DNA of 64,000 nucleotides, taken from positions 1-64,000 of the forward strand of contig JAVRCV020000025.1 of the NCBI GenBank assembly GCA_034530615.2. Direction: 5' to 3'. Below, piece by piece: positions 27,897 to 38,031 of the stretch (within the stretch, counting starts at the first letter, position 1; every line of letters begins with the position of its first letter). This DNA comes from Aulosira sp. ZfuVER01 (lineage in GTDB: Bacteria; Cyanobacteriota; Cyanobacteriia; Cyanobacteriales; Nostocaceae). The notes under the pieces were generated by a model that was given only the letters and a program-made list of their open reading frames with translations, was not told the DNA's origin and made no database searches. The position numbers and the translations under genes were made by a program.

Positions 27897-30437
27897 TTAT
27901 TTAGTTAAGAGTTCTGATGGAATGCGTTGACTTGGCAGTAACATATTGTCAATAATTTGATTGCGTAAATCTTTAGTAGAGTAACTATCTCCTTTAATGC
28001 ATTTGAGTAGCAAAATATTGGCATACAAATAATCTTTTAAAGCCTTGATTTCCTCTGGCGTAAATTTAACGTCATTCCAGCCAATATTTAAATATAATCT
28101 CATTGCCGATCGCAATCTATTAGCCCAATCCAGCCAATCTGATTCCGGAGCTTGCTCGCTAGGTAAACTTTCTTTTAAGAAAACTAAAAAATCTGCTAAA
28201 TCCTCATTAGTATTATTTGAATTTTCAACATAATCATTTCCATGATGATGGCTATGCTCGCTGTGAGCGCCAGTTTGCACAAGAGGATAATCTTCGTGTT
28301 GCGAGATATTTTTATCTTCTTGTTTGGTAATACTGATAACGTGACTATCCTTATCAAAACTCACTTTACTGCGTAGTTGCGGCATAGTAACGGGATCGTC
28401 GCTAGCTGGAAGTTCTTTTTTCAGCAGCGGACTCAGTTTTTGAGATTCAAATCCCTTTTCACTAGTTTTGGTAGAAATTAAATTAGCATGAAAATCAACT
28501 AAATTAAAGGCGAAATCAGATAGTAATGAACGAGGATAAATTCTCTTTCTTTCTTTATTTACTTCTTTGAGGCTCACAGCAAGTTCCTGCGCCAAATTAT
28601 AATCAACTTTTGTTTGTAAGTTGCTGTAGAGTTCAAATACCTGATCGACTAACAGATAAAATGCTCTCCACGAACTAGATTTAACAGCGTGTAAGGTAGT
28701 GACATCATCTAACCATGTCAACATATCTTGCAAAGCTTTGTTTTCTACAACAAGGGTATTAATTTGGCGAAATATCAGTTTGAGAAATTCATCAGTATTT
28801 GCGAGTCTTCCGGATATCATCAAAAATACTTCTCGCCACTGACGGTTTGTTAAGTGCTGCTTGATAACTTCGTTTAAAGTTTCAGTGTTGCGTCTCTCCA
28901 CGATGTGATGAGCAACGAAATATTCTTGAAATGTGAGATGAGAAAATGAGTAGAAATCTTGAGCTTGCTTAATCAGTAATCCATGATTTGCCTCAATTGT
29001 TCTCAAAATTTCTTGACTATCACCAGCCAGAGTTTCTGGAGCAATTTCTAGAATATTTTCAAGATAATTTTCAATTAATCTTTCTAGCTCCCTTTGATGC
29101 CAAAAATGCTTTTGTGGTTCTTGGTGAAAAGCTTCATAAGCTATCTGACTTAGCAAATTAACTTTTCGTTGATATGGTAGGTTAAATTTATTAACTGAAT
29201 TCCGCTCTATTCGTCTACTAGCATCCCATTTGCGTAAAAGTATGTTTACAGCATCCTCAGTTAGTAAGTATCGATTTCTAGGAAAGTCATAGTTATCCTC
29301 AAATACCAAACACAACATAGTTAGTAGTAATGGACTTGTGGTTAGTTCTTTGATAGAAATATTTCTTCCAAGTTCAGCTAAGAATTTCTCTGCTAACTGT
29401 GGTTCTTGAGATGATTCAAACCATTTTTTGACAAAAAGCACAACTTGGTTTTCATTAAAATCTGCAATTTCTACCTCAGTAAAGTGTTCAAATGTATAAT
29501 CTGAAGCTCCCGAACGGCAGGTTAATACAAAGATATTTTTGGAATACTGTTCTACTAACGTATTAATATTTCGATAGATTCTGTTACTTTCTGTTTCTGC
29601 AACTTCATCTAATCCATCTAACAAAATTAGGAAACGACCTAGCTCTAGTAATTCCTGGATAATTTGCGAAGGTTCAGAAATGAATTTAACAAATTCTCGA
29701 TTGATTAAATCAATCAAACTTAATTTATCTTCTTCCTCTGCAAATGCTTTTAATGAAATAAAAATTGGGATAGGTTGCTGCTCTAAATTAGCAGCATACA
29801 TCGCTAAGTGTTTCAGAAATGTAGTCTTACCTGCTCCCGGACTACCCCAGATCAGAAGCTTTTTATAATGCTTTAGTGCATCAACAGCCGCCAAACTTTT
29901 GGTACTTACCCGATAATTAAGACGGCTAAAGCTGAGATTTTCACTGGATAAGTGTGTAAGTATTTCTTCAATTGTTTTTTGCTTTTTAGCTTTAACACTT
30001 TCTAGAACGTTGACATTTGCATAAATACTATCTAGTTGCACAGGCTGAGTCATTGTCAGCACTTTCATTGTGCCGCACTTCGCCCTGATATATTCTTGGT
30101 AGCGCTCAATCCACTCTGTGTTAACATCAGAACTTGGCTGTTCTAAATTTTCTAAGTTTGTTCGTTGTCTTAAAGCTTCTTGATAACTTTCGCAACCTAA
30201 TAACACACCGCATAAGAAGTTAAGATTTTTCTCTTGCACCTTCATTGGTTCAGTATTATTAAAAAAGTTGCGAATTGTTTTATCTGAAATTACATCCTTG
30301 ATGCTGCTTGTTTGATTTTTAGCTTGATAAACATGATTAAGCTCGGCAATTAGTAGTTTAGGAGAACCACCAAACTTTTCAGCGTAAGCTTGCTTTAATT
30401 TGTCCCATACTTCTCGATCGACTACGATTGCTGTCAT
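27897..30437 (-). CDS. NACHT-family STAND NTPase with a putative N-terminal HTH-like region and helical C-terminus
   Basis: Walker A GSPGAGKTT, Walker B LILLDGLDE, LTCR, PLLLTM, YSFSHLTFQEYF, WREVFL, DYLYAN.LL..C. Confidence 0.92.
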   Translation of the reverse strand: MTAIVVDREVWDKLKQAYAEKFGGSPKLLIAELNHVYQAKNQTSSIKDVISDKTIRNFFNNTEPMKVQEKNLNFLCGVLLGCESYQEALRQRTNLENLEQPSSDVNTEWIERYQEYIRAKCGTMKVLTMTQPVQLDSIYANVNVLESVKAKKQKTIEEILTHLSSENLSFSRLNYRVSTKSLAAVDALKHYKKLLIWGSPGAGKTTFLKHLAMYAANLEQQPIPIFISLKAFAEEEDKLSLIDLINREFVKFISEPSQIIQELLELGRFLILLDGLDEVAETESNRIYRNINTLVEQYSKNIFVLTCRSGASDYTFEHFTEVEIADFNENQVVLFVKKWFESSQEPQLAEKFLAELGRNISIKELTTSPLLLTMLCLVFEDNYDFPRNRYLLTEDAVNILLRKWDASRRIERNSVNKFNLPYQRKVNLLSQIAYEAFHQEPQKHFWHQRELERLIENYLENILEIAPETLAGDSQEILRTIEANHGLLIKQAQDFYSFSHLTFQEYFVAHHIVERRNTETLNEVIKQHLTNRQWREVFLMISGRLANTDEFLKLIFRQINTLVVENKALQDMLTWLDDVTTLHAVKSSSWRAFYLLVDQVFELYSNLQTKVDYNLAQELAVSLKEVNKERKRIYPRSLLSDFAFNLVDFHANLISTKTSEKGFESQKLSPLLKKELPASDDPVTMPQLRSKVSFDKDSHVISITKQEDKNISQHEDYPLVQTGAHSEHSHHHGNDYVENSNNTNEDLADFLVFLKESLPSEQAPESDWLDWANRLRSAMRLYLNIGWNDVKFTPEEIKALKDYLYANILLLKCIKGDSYSTKDLRNQIIDNMLLPSQRIPSELLTK

Positions 30438-31157
30438 TTCTATTTTCTCGACTTCCTTTCAATCCTTAAGCATTCTAGAAATTAGAGCTTATTTATAAGC
30501 AAATGATAGGTAAATAGTAGTCTTAATATTAAAGAATTGATGCCTGATAACTTATAGTGTCGTTGTCATCTTTACCCAAGCTGAAAATCTGGTTGGTACG
30601 CTCTCTAACAAAATACAAACAATATAACGTAAGCTTTTCAATTATTTTGTAGATACAGAGCAGCTTAAGGTAGGGTGTTAGTTGGTTTGTGAAAGTCAAA
30701 TATTTGATAAGCTTTCCTTAAGCTTCGATGTTGTCAATTTTGTAGGCTTTATAGGGTCATGAGTAGATGTATTTTAACGTATAAATACTCATACTACTAG
30801 CTAGCTATCATCTTAAGCCTTAGTTTTATTTTTACTTTACAAAGAGATACTTGGCAGTGCTTGAGTATACTCAAAGCTAGTTATTAACATACTCACTCAT
30901 AGCTTTAGCTTAAGAAATACAAGAAACAAATTAAAAATAAGGTATATCTGATTACTTACAAATTGATTCATATTGAACAATTCAAACTTTGCGTCAGGCT
31001 GATCTTGCTTGCTGCTAAACAGAAATCGGTCTTTTCTAAAATTATTTCAGTTTTAAGAGGCTGGTTAAATTTTTTGCTCTATTACTTCTCGAGATACTCG
31101 ACAAATCTGCTTAGAGGAATAGAATGTTCGGGTCAAATGCTTGTAGACTAAAAAAAG

Positions 31158-31193
31158 ATTCCGGTAAATACCGGATAAAACCGTTCATTGCCG
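31158..31193 (+). promoter_or_regulatory. Four 10-bp-phased CCG repeats upstream of the 31216 gene
   Basis: CCG at 31161, 31171, 31181, 31191 (ATTCCG, ATACCG, AAACCG, TTGCCG). Confidence 0.55.
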
Positions 31194-31215
31194 CTTACTT
31201 CTAAAAAACTGTATT

Positions 31216-31731
31216 ATGAGCAGCAATACGATCAGCCCTAAGATACAGACAGAGTCTCTCAACCAGAGATTTAATGAATTTAAATCTTCTCTATGTGGAG
31301 AGTTCAGGTTCGCTCTCAACAATATACTTTGTTGGACGCATCTTTTGCGTATGGGTCGGCTTGACCACAGCACTACAATTCAAGCTTTTGAAGTCATTGA
31401 ACACAATGCTAAACATCAGAGTCTACTGCTGGACAAACTGCTAAACTGGCGTCTCACTTCAGAAGTTACTAGTCAGTTACCCAATCTAGATTACATGAAC
31501 CAGCGATTTGAAGAATTTAAGTCGCCTTTATGTCTTGATATTAGGTTCGCTCTCAACAGCATACTGTGCTGGACTTATCTTTTTCGTTTAGGTCGGCTTG
31601 ACCACAGCACCATAGTTCAGGCTTTTGAAGTCATTGAACACAATGCTCAACATCAAAATCAACTGATTGACACACTTCTAAACTGGCATCTTACTCAAAA
31701 TGACTCTTATCCTCATAGCAATGAGCTATGA
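31216..31731 (+). CDS. Tandem degenerate HisKA/DHp-like protein lacking the phosphoacceptor His
   Basis: Two ~79-aa repeats resembling EFL..LSHELR.PLN.ILGW..LLR.G.LD..T...A.E.IERNA..Q..LI.DLL. Confidence 0.7.
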   Translation: MSSNTISPKIQTESLNQRFNEFKSSLCGEFRFALNNILCWTHLLRMGRLDHSTTIQAFEVIEHNAKHQSLLLDKLLNWRLTSEVTSQLPNLDYMNQRFEEFKSPLCLDIRFALNSILCWTYLFRLGRLDHSTIVQAFEVIEHNAQHQNQLIDTLLNWHLTQNDSYPHSNEL

Positions 31732-31849
31732 AACAATGATTTGAAATAGGGTTAATGCTGAAATATAAGCAAAATGGAACGTAATATGCAAAAAAGTAGA
31801 AAAATTATCAAGTGCTTTTGGGACTCTGGATAGTTCCAAAAAACCAAAT

Positions 31850-31907
31850 GAAAAAGCCCGAACCCAAGTTAAGAATCGCAGGATTCGAGCCGACTAATTT
31901 TTTCTCT
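31850..31907 (-). ncRNA. Candidate short antisense RNA (promoter plus intrinsic terminator on the minus strand)
   Basis: Minus-strand TGnTAAAAT at 31914-31922; GCUCGAAUCC/GGGUUCGGGC stem followed by UUUUU. Confidence 0.4.
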
Positions 31908-32008
31908 AAATGTATTTTATCACGAAGGCATCTGCTTTGACTGTTTGAACGTTGGCTTTTTTAACTTGGGCGTAGGGATTCACTAAATAAATTTCAGGAG
32001 AAACAACA

Positions 32009-32224
32009 GTGAATCTCAATCAACGTCAAGCTTGGATTTTTCTCTACTCAGCTTTGTTAGTGAGTCTATTAGCTATGCTGCTGGGGTTTGATGGTATTGT
32101 CTCCCTACAAGTAACGCCTTTTAACTTACGAGTGGTAATTGATGGTCATCCTACAGGCTGTTTGATTGACCCACAACTACCTGAGGTGGATAGGCAATCT
32201 CTAGCCCAACTGCCAGAGCAATAA
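32009..32224 (+). CDS. Small single-TM membrane protein
   Basis: AGGAG RBS 8 nt before GTG; hydrophobic AWIFLYSALLVSLLAMLLGF. Confidence 0.65.
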   Translation: MNLNQRQAWIFLYSALLVSLLAMLLGFDGIVSLQVTPFNLRVVIDGHPTGCLIDPQLPEVDRQSLAQLPEQ

Positions 32225-32371
32225 AATCTTGGTAATGTAGCGATCGCACTTTGAAATTTCCTGCTAGTGATATTTTACGCTAGCTGCTAAATGGCACTGC
32301 GATCGCTACATTAGAAGATATATAAACAAAAATCATTATTGCCCATAGCGATCGGCAGCTCACACACAAAC

Positions 32372-34477
32372 ATGAATGCAAATGCCACTATTTCTCAGAA
32401 TCCCCTACTTCAAGGCGCTGGCTTACCTCCCTTTACAGAGATTAACCCAGAGCAAGTAGTACCAGCCTTCAAGCAACTGCTAACAGAACTTGATGCAGAG
32501 CTTGCCACCATAGAGACTAATGTACAGCCTACTTGGAGTGGTTTAGTAGAACCGTTAGACAAACTCACAGAACGGCTGACTTGGAGTTGGGGCATAGTGA
32601 ACCATTTAATGGGTGTTAAAAATAGCCCCGAACTTCGTGAAGCTTTTGAAGCAGTACAACCAGAGGTAGTGCAATTCATTACTAAGCTGGGTCAAAGCCA
32701 ACCACTCTACAATGCTTTCAAAGCTCTGCGTAGCAATGACGCATGGAACAGCTTAGAATCAGCACAGCAAAGAATTGTCGAAGCTGCGATTCGCGATGCA
32801 GAACTTTCTGGTGTGGGCTTACAAGGAGAAGCACGGGAACGTTTCAACGCCATTCAAATGGAATTGGCAGAAATTTCTACCAAATTCTCCAACCACGTAC
32901 TAGATGCGACTAAAGCCTTTAGCTTAACCCTCACCAGCAAAGAAGAAATCGACGGCTTACCGCCAAGCTTACTTAGTCTAGCCGCACAAGCTGCCCGTGC
33001 GGAGGGTGAAGAAAACGCCACACCAGAAAATGGCCCTTGGCGCATCACTTTAGATTTCCCCAGTTACGGGCCTTTTATGCAGCACAGCACCCGGCGCGAT
33101 TTACGCGAACAGCTTTACAAAGCTTTTATTAGTCGGGCTGCTTCCGGGGATCTAGATAATAATCCCCTAATCGATCGCATTTTACAATTGCGGCAAGAAC
33201 TAGCAGGTTTACTCGGCTTTCAGAATTTTGCTGAATTAAGCCTAGCTAGTAAAATGGCTCCTAATGTTGAAGCCGTCGAAGCCCTACTAGAAGAACTGCG
33301 TCGCGTCAGTTATGATGCAGCAGTGAAAGATTTAGAAGCACTCAAAGCCTTTGCTTTATCTAAGGGCGCAAAAGAGGCTGAGGATTTAAAACACTGGGAT
33401 ATTGGTTTTTGGGCTGAACGCCAGCGAGAAGAAAAATTTGCCTTCACTGCGGAAGAATTACGTCCTTACTTCCCTCTCCCCCAAGTACTAGATGGCTTAT
33501 TTGGGTTGGTGAAACGGCTATTTGGCGTTACTGTCACTCCTGCCGATGGCCAAGCCCCAGTATGGCATGAAGATGTACGTTATTTCCAAATTGCGGATGA
33601 AACTGGTGCACCCATCGCTTACTTCTACTTAGACCCCTACAGTCGCCCAGCCGAGAAGCGCGGCGGTGCTTGGATGGATGTCTGCATTAATCGTGGTAAA
33701 ACGAGTGAAAATGGTGCAACTAGTATCCGCTTACCTGTAGCATACTTAGTTTGTAATCAAACTCCCCCAATTGATGGCAAGCCCAGTTTGATGACCTTCA
33801 ATGAAGTGGAAACCTTATTCCACGAGTTTGGGCATGGCTTACACCACATGCTTACCAAAGTGGATTATACGGGGGCAGCAGGTATAAACAACGTAGAGTG
33901 GGATGCCGTCGAACTACCCAGCCAATTTATGGAAAACTGGTGCTACGAACGTCCCACCTTGTTTGGCATGGCTAAACATTACGAAACTGGCGAACCTCTA
34001 CCAGAGCATTACTATCAAAAGCTGATAGCAGCACGCAATTATATGAGTGGTAGTGGGATGTTGCGGCAACTCCACTTTAGCAGTGTGGATTTAGAACTAC
34101 ACTCTCGCTATCGCCCTGGTGGTGATGAAACCCCAGCCGATGTTCGCCACCGTATTGCCAAAACTACTACCGTTTTGCCACCACTACCAGAAGATGCTTT
34201 CTTATGTGCTTTTGGCCATATCTTTGGCGGTGGCTATGCAGCTGGGTACTACAGTTACAAATGGGCTGAAGTTCTGAGTGCAGATGCTTTTGCCGCTTTT
34301 GAAGAAGCTGGACTAGAAGACGAAGAAGCAATCCAAGTTACTGGTAGACGCTACCGAGATACAGTGCTTGCACTTGGTGGTAGTAAACACCCAATGGAAG
34401 TGTTTAAAACCTTCCGGGGACGCGAACCGAGTACAACTCCTTTACTGAGACACAATGGTTTAGCAGCTACAGCTTAA
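32372..34477 (+). CDS. prlC: Oligopeptidase A (M3 family)
   Basis: FHEFGHGLHH, DAVELPSQFMENW, YAAGYYSYKWAEV; ATG at 32372 preferred. Confidence 0.95.
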   Translation: MNANATISQNPLLQGAGLPPFTEINPEQVVPAFKQLLTELDAELATIETNVQPTWSGLVEPLDKLTERLTWSWGIVNHLMGVKNSPELREAFEAVQPEVVQFITKLGQSQPLYNAFKALRSNDAWNSLESAQQRIVEAAIRDAELSGVGLQGEARERFNAIQMELAEISTKFSNHVLDATKAFSLTLTSKEEIDGLPPSLLSLAAQAARAEGEENATPENGPWRITLDFPSYGPFMQHSTRRDLREQLYKAFISRAASGDLDNNPLIDRILQLRQELAGLLGFQNFAELSLASKMAPNVEAVEALLEELRRVSYDAAVKDLEALKAFALSKGAKEAEDLKHWDIGFWAERQREEKFAFTAEELRPYFPLPQVLDGLFGLVKRLFGVTVTPADGQAPVWHEDVRYFQIADETGAPIAYFYLDPYSRPAEKRGGAWMDVCINRGKTSENGATSIRLPVAYLVCNQTPPIDGKPSLMTFNEVETLFHEFGHGLHHMLTKVDYTGAAGINNVEWDAVELPSQFMENWCYERPTLFGMAKHYETGEPLPEHYYQKLIAARNYMSGSGMLRQLHFSSVDLELHSRYRPGGDETPADVRHRIAKTTTVLPPLPEDAFLCAFGHIFGGGYAAGYYSYKWAEVLSADAFAAFEEAGLEDEEAIQVTGRRYRDTVLALGGSKHPMEVFKTFRGREPSTTPLLRHNGLAATA

Positions 34478-34698
34478 GAGTCATGAAATTCTCGCCGTCT
34501 GGGCGGTAATTTGCGGCAAGCCCTACTCTTAGGATAGGGCTATGCCTAACAGGAATACCAAGCCAAGAGAGAATTTTAAATTTTGAATTGATATTATGTC
34601 TTTTTATCGTTATTTGTTATCTATATAGATAAACTGAGCTTTTTAAGCTGTTGTTGTGCTGTTCCAATTTTTATTGCTTACAATGAAACATTGAACTG

Positions 34699-37209
34699 AT
34701 GCAATCACTTTATCCTGTGGATTTACCAACTTTAGAGCAGGTAATTGAATGTTCTCCTTTAAATGTATTACCTGATACTCTACTCATGGATGCGATCGCT
34801 TTAATGAATTCGGTAAGCAAGCATAAAGTAAAACATGCATCTGATAGTTGTGTTTTAGTAGTTAAAGAAAAAAAAATAGTAGGTATATTAACTTTAAGGG
34901 ATATAGTTAGGCTAACTGGGACAAAAGTAGATTTATCCAGGTTGAAAATTTCAGAGGTGATGACGCAGCCAGTCATTAGCTTGACGTTTACGCCAGAGCA
35001 AAATCCTCTCACAGCCTTATCTTTTATGCACCAGCATCGCATTCGCCATCTGCCTCTAGTAGATGAGCAAGAGCAATTGCTAGGCTTGATTACCCAAGAC
35101 AGAATTTGTCAGGCAATCCAAACATTACAAACCAATGTTGCAAAGCAAACCCTTCAACTCAGGCAATACAACCAACAGTTAGAACAGGAAGTAATACAAT
35201 GCCACGAAGCTGAGAAATCACTACGCCAAACTCAACAAGAGTTAGAGTTGCGGGTGGCAGAACGGACAGCCCAACTAGTACTAGCAAATACACGTCTGCA
35301 ACAGGAAATAGAGGAACGCAAACAGGCAGAAATTCAAATCCGAAAATTTGTTTCCCTTGCCGATAACAGCTCAGAATTTATTGGCATGTGTGACATGGAT
35401 TTCGTGCCGTTTTATGTTAACGAAGCGGGCAGGCAAATGATCGGGTTAGATGACCTACAGCACTACAAGAATACTCCAGTCAGAGAATTTTTCTTTCCCG
35501 AAGATCAGGACTTTATCATCAATGAATTTTTCTCCCGTGTATTGGATGAAGGACGAGCAGAAGTTGAAATTCGTTTCCGTCATTTCAAGACGGGGGAAGC
35601 ATTATGGATGGTTTACAGCGTTTGTTGCATCAAAGACTCAAACAACCAGTTAATTGGTCTAGCAACCCTAAGCCGCAATATTACTGACCGCAAACAAGCA
35701 CAACAAAAAATTCAAGAACAAGCAGCTTTAATTGATATCGCCACTGATGCTATTTTTGTCCGCGATTTAGAAAACCGCATCCTGTTCTGGAGTCGAGGTG
35801 CTGAAAACTTATACGGTTGTATAGCAGAGGAAAGTGTGGGGAAATTAGCCCATACACTTTTTCATCAAGAATCATCGTCTCAATTGGAAGCTGCTTTAAA
35901 AACTACTCTAGAACAAGGTTACTGGCAAGGAGAAGTAGAGCAACTCACCAAAACTGGTAGAGAAATTATCGTTGCTAGCCGATGGACACCGATCAAAAAT
36001 CAGTTTGGACATTCCCAATCGATCCTAGTAGTCAACACCGACATCACCGAGAAAAAACAACTAGAGCAACAATTTTACCGCGCTCAACGCCTGGAGAGTA
36101 TAGGAACTCTCGCCAGTGGGATTGCTCACGATCTTAACAATGTCTTTGCTCCCATAATGATGATTGCACAATTGCTGCCTTTAAAATGCCAAAATGTCGA
36201 TGCGCGCACTCAAGAACTATTTCAAACATTAGTAACTAGTTCGCAGCGTGGAGCTAACTTAGTTAAACAAATTCTCACCTTCGCTCGTGGTAAAGAAGGA
36301 AAACGCATCCTTGTGCAACCAGGACATTTGCTCAAAGAATTGGTCAACGTCATCAACCAGACCTTTCCTAAATCCATTGAAGTCCTTAGCGATATTTCGA
36401 CAAACACTTTGTGGATGGTGAAAGCAGATCCTACCCAACTCGAACAGATATTCATGAATTTGGCAGTCAATGCTCGTGATGCTATGCCAAATGGAGGTAT
36501 TATCAAAATTACTGCTGAAAATCGGATAATTGAAGAAACTTACGCCCAAATGCACCTTGAGGCGAAAGCAGGAAGGCATATCGTTGTCAGCATCTCAGAT
36601 ACAGGGACGGGAATTCCGCCAGAATTATTAGACCGGATCTTCGATCCTTTTTTTACTACTAAAGAAGTTGGAAAAGGTACAGGATTAGGATTATCAACGG
36701 TATTAGGTATCGTCAAAAACCACGGTGGTTTTGTAGAAGTATCAAGCCAGCTAAGTGAAGGTACAACATTTCAGGTGTTTTTGCCAATAGCAGAAGGCAT
36801 AGCAACTGAGACAATAACAAAGGAGCTGTTACCATTAGGTAATGGTGAGTTAGTTTTAGTTGTAGATGATGAAGTAGTTATCCAACAAACCACTCAGGAA
36901 AGCCTAGCTGATTATAACTATAAAACCATTGTGGCTAACGATGGCGTTGAGGCGCTTGCTGTTTATGCCCAACATCAGCCAGAAATCAGCGTCGTCTTGC
37001 TAGATATATCCATGCCCAACATGGACGGATTAACAGCCATGCGTTCCCTGCTAATTTTAAACCCCCAAGTTAAAATTATTGCTGTTAGTGGCTTACCATC
37101 TAATGAGCAGAAGGCTATGGCCGTTGGTGCCTACAAATTTCTGTCTAAGCCCTACACTGCAACAGATTTATTAAACATTTTAGCGGATGCGATCCAAATT
37201 AAACAGTAG
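34699..37209 (+). CDS. Hybrid sensor histidine kinase (CBS pair, two PAS, HisKA, HATPase, REC)
   Basis: CBS (IRHLPLVD), PAS/PAC (RNITDRK, DITEKK), AHDLNN H-box, GTGLGL, receiver LLDISMP. Confidence 0.92.
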   Translation: MQSLYPVDLPTLEQVIECSPLNVLPDTLLMDAIALMNSVSKHKVKHASDSCVLVVKEKKIVGILTLRDIVRLTGTKVDLSRLKISEVMTQPVISLTFTPEQNPLTALSFMHQHRIRHLPLVDEQEQLLGLITQDRICQAIQTLQTNVAKQTLQLRQYNQQLEQEVIQCHEAEKSLRQTQQELELRVAERTAQLVLANTRLQQEIEERKQAEIQIRKFVSLADNSSEFIGMCDMDFVPFYVNEAGRQMIGLDDLQHYKNTPVREFFFPEDQDFIINEFFSRVLDEGRAEVEIRFRHFKTGEALWMVYSVCCIKDSNNQLIGLATLSRNITDRKQAQQKIQEQAALIDIATDAIFVRDLENRILFWSRGAENLYGCIAEESVGKLAHTLFHQESSSQLEAALKTTLEQGYWQGEVEQLTKTGREIIVASRWTPIKNQFGHSQSILVVNTDITEKKQLEQQFYRAQRLESIGTLASGIAHDLNNVFAPIMMIAQLLPLKCQNVDARTQELFQTLVTSSQRGANLVKQILTFARGKEGKRILVQPGHLLKELVNVINQTFPKSIEVLSDISTNTLWMVKADPTQLEQIFMNLAVNARDAMPNGGIIKITAENRIIEETYAQMHLEAKAGRHIVVSISDTGTGIPPELLDRIFDPFFTTKEVGKGTGLGLSTVLGIVKNHGGFVEVSSQLSEGTTFQVFLPIAEGIATETITKELLPLGNGELVLVVDDEVVIQQTTQESLADYNYKTIVANDGVEALAVYAQHQPEISVVLLDISMPNMDGLTAMRSLLILNPQVKIIAVSGLPSNEQKAMAVGAYKFLSKPYTATDLLNILADAIQIKQ

Positions 37210-37369
37210 GACATTGCTTGCTTGGCATTGAGGTGAGATGCGCTTCAGCACTATTAACTCAAGGATTTACGCGATCGCCTTTACATAACTTTACAACTTC
37301 TCCTAATTTCCATATATCTCGGCTGGCTCCCTACCCAGTAAACTGAAAACGTAAAGCATAGACTAGCCA

Positions 37370-37672
37370 ATGCCGAATCCTACACCACTGCCAAAACTCA
37401 TCCGTGCCCATGTATTGATTTCTGGGAGAGTCCAGGGAGTTGGCTATCGTTACGCCACAGTAGATACAGCTAGCCAGTTGGGATTAACTGGCTGGGTACG
37501 AAATCTCCCTGATAGTCGCGTGGAAGCAGTCTTTGAAGGAGCACAAGTAGTAGTAGAAGAGATGATTCGCTGGTGTCACATTGGGCCTCCGGCTGCTGTG
37601 GTTAAAAATGTTGTAGTTGAGTACGAAGAACCGGAAGGTTTGCGAGGATTTGAAGTTAGGCGTTTAAATTAA
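37370..37672 (+). CDS. acyP: Acylphosphatase
   Basis: ISGRVQGVGYR, GWVRNLPD..VE, GPPAA.V. Confidence 0.93.
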   Translation: MPNPTPLPKLIRAHVLISGRVQGVGYRYATVDTASQLGLTGWVRNLPDSRVEAVFEGAQVVVEEMIRWCHIGPPAAVVKNVVVEYEEPEGLRGFEVRRLN

Positions 37673-38031
37673 AACTTGTATTTTCGCAGATGAATTTTAT
37701 TATCAGAATAATTCCGATTGCTGGAACAATCACACAGCAAGTTGAAGATATTCTCTACAAATCAACATGTAGATATGTATAGCTTACTCAATTAAATATA
37801 AAGGATAATTTTTACTGTTTTATCCTTATTTTCGTTAGAAAAAGTGAAATCGCTTGTTTGATTTCTGAAATAAGTTAAGTTTGATTTAGAGTATTTTGTT
37901 GCATCAGCACTGATAAAAATTGCAGCTATATTTGTAGTATGTCTATCCGCCAATTAAGGTGATACCCCTAGAGGATATATACTCATAATTAATTGTCGGT
38001 TAAGTTAAATAGCTAGCTTTTTAATTCAGTT

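Noticed and set aside
30963..31151. 62-aa ORF in the NACHT upstream region
   Set aside because: TTG start, no RBS or motif; probably chance in AT-rich DNA.
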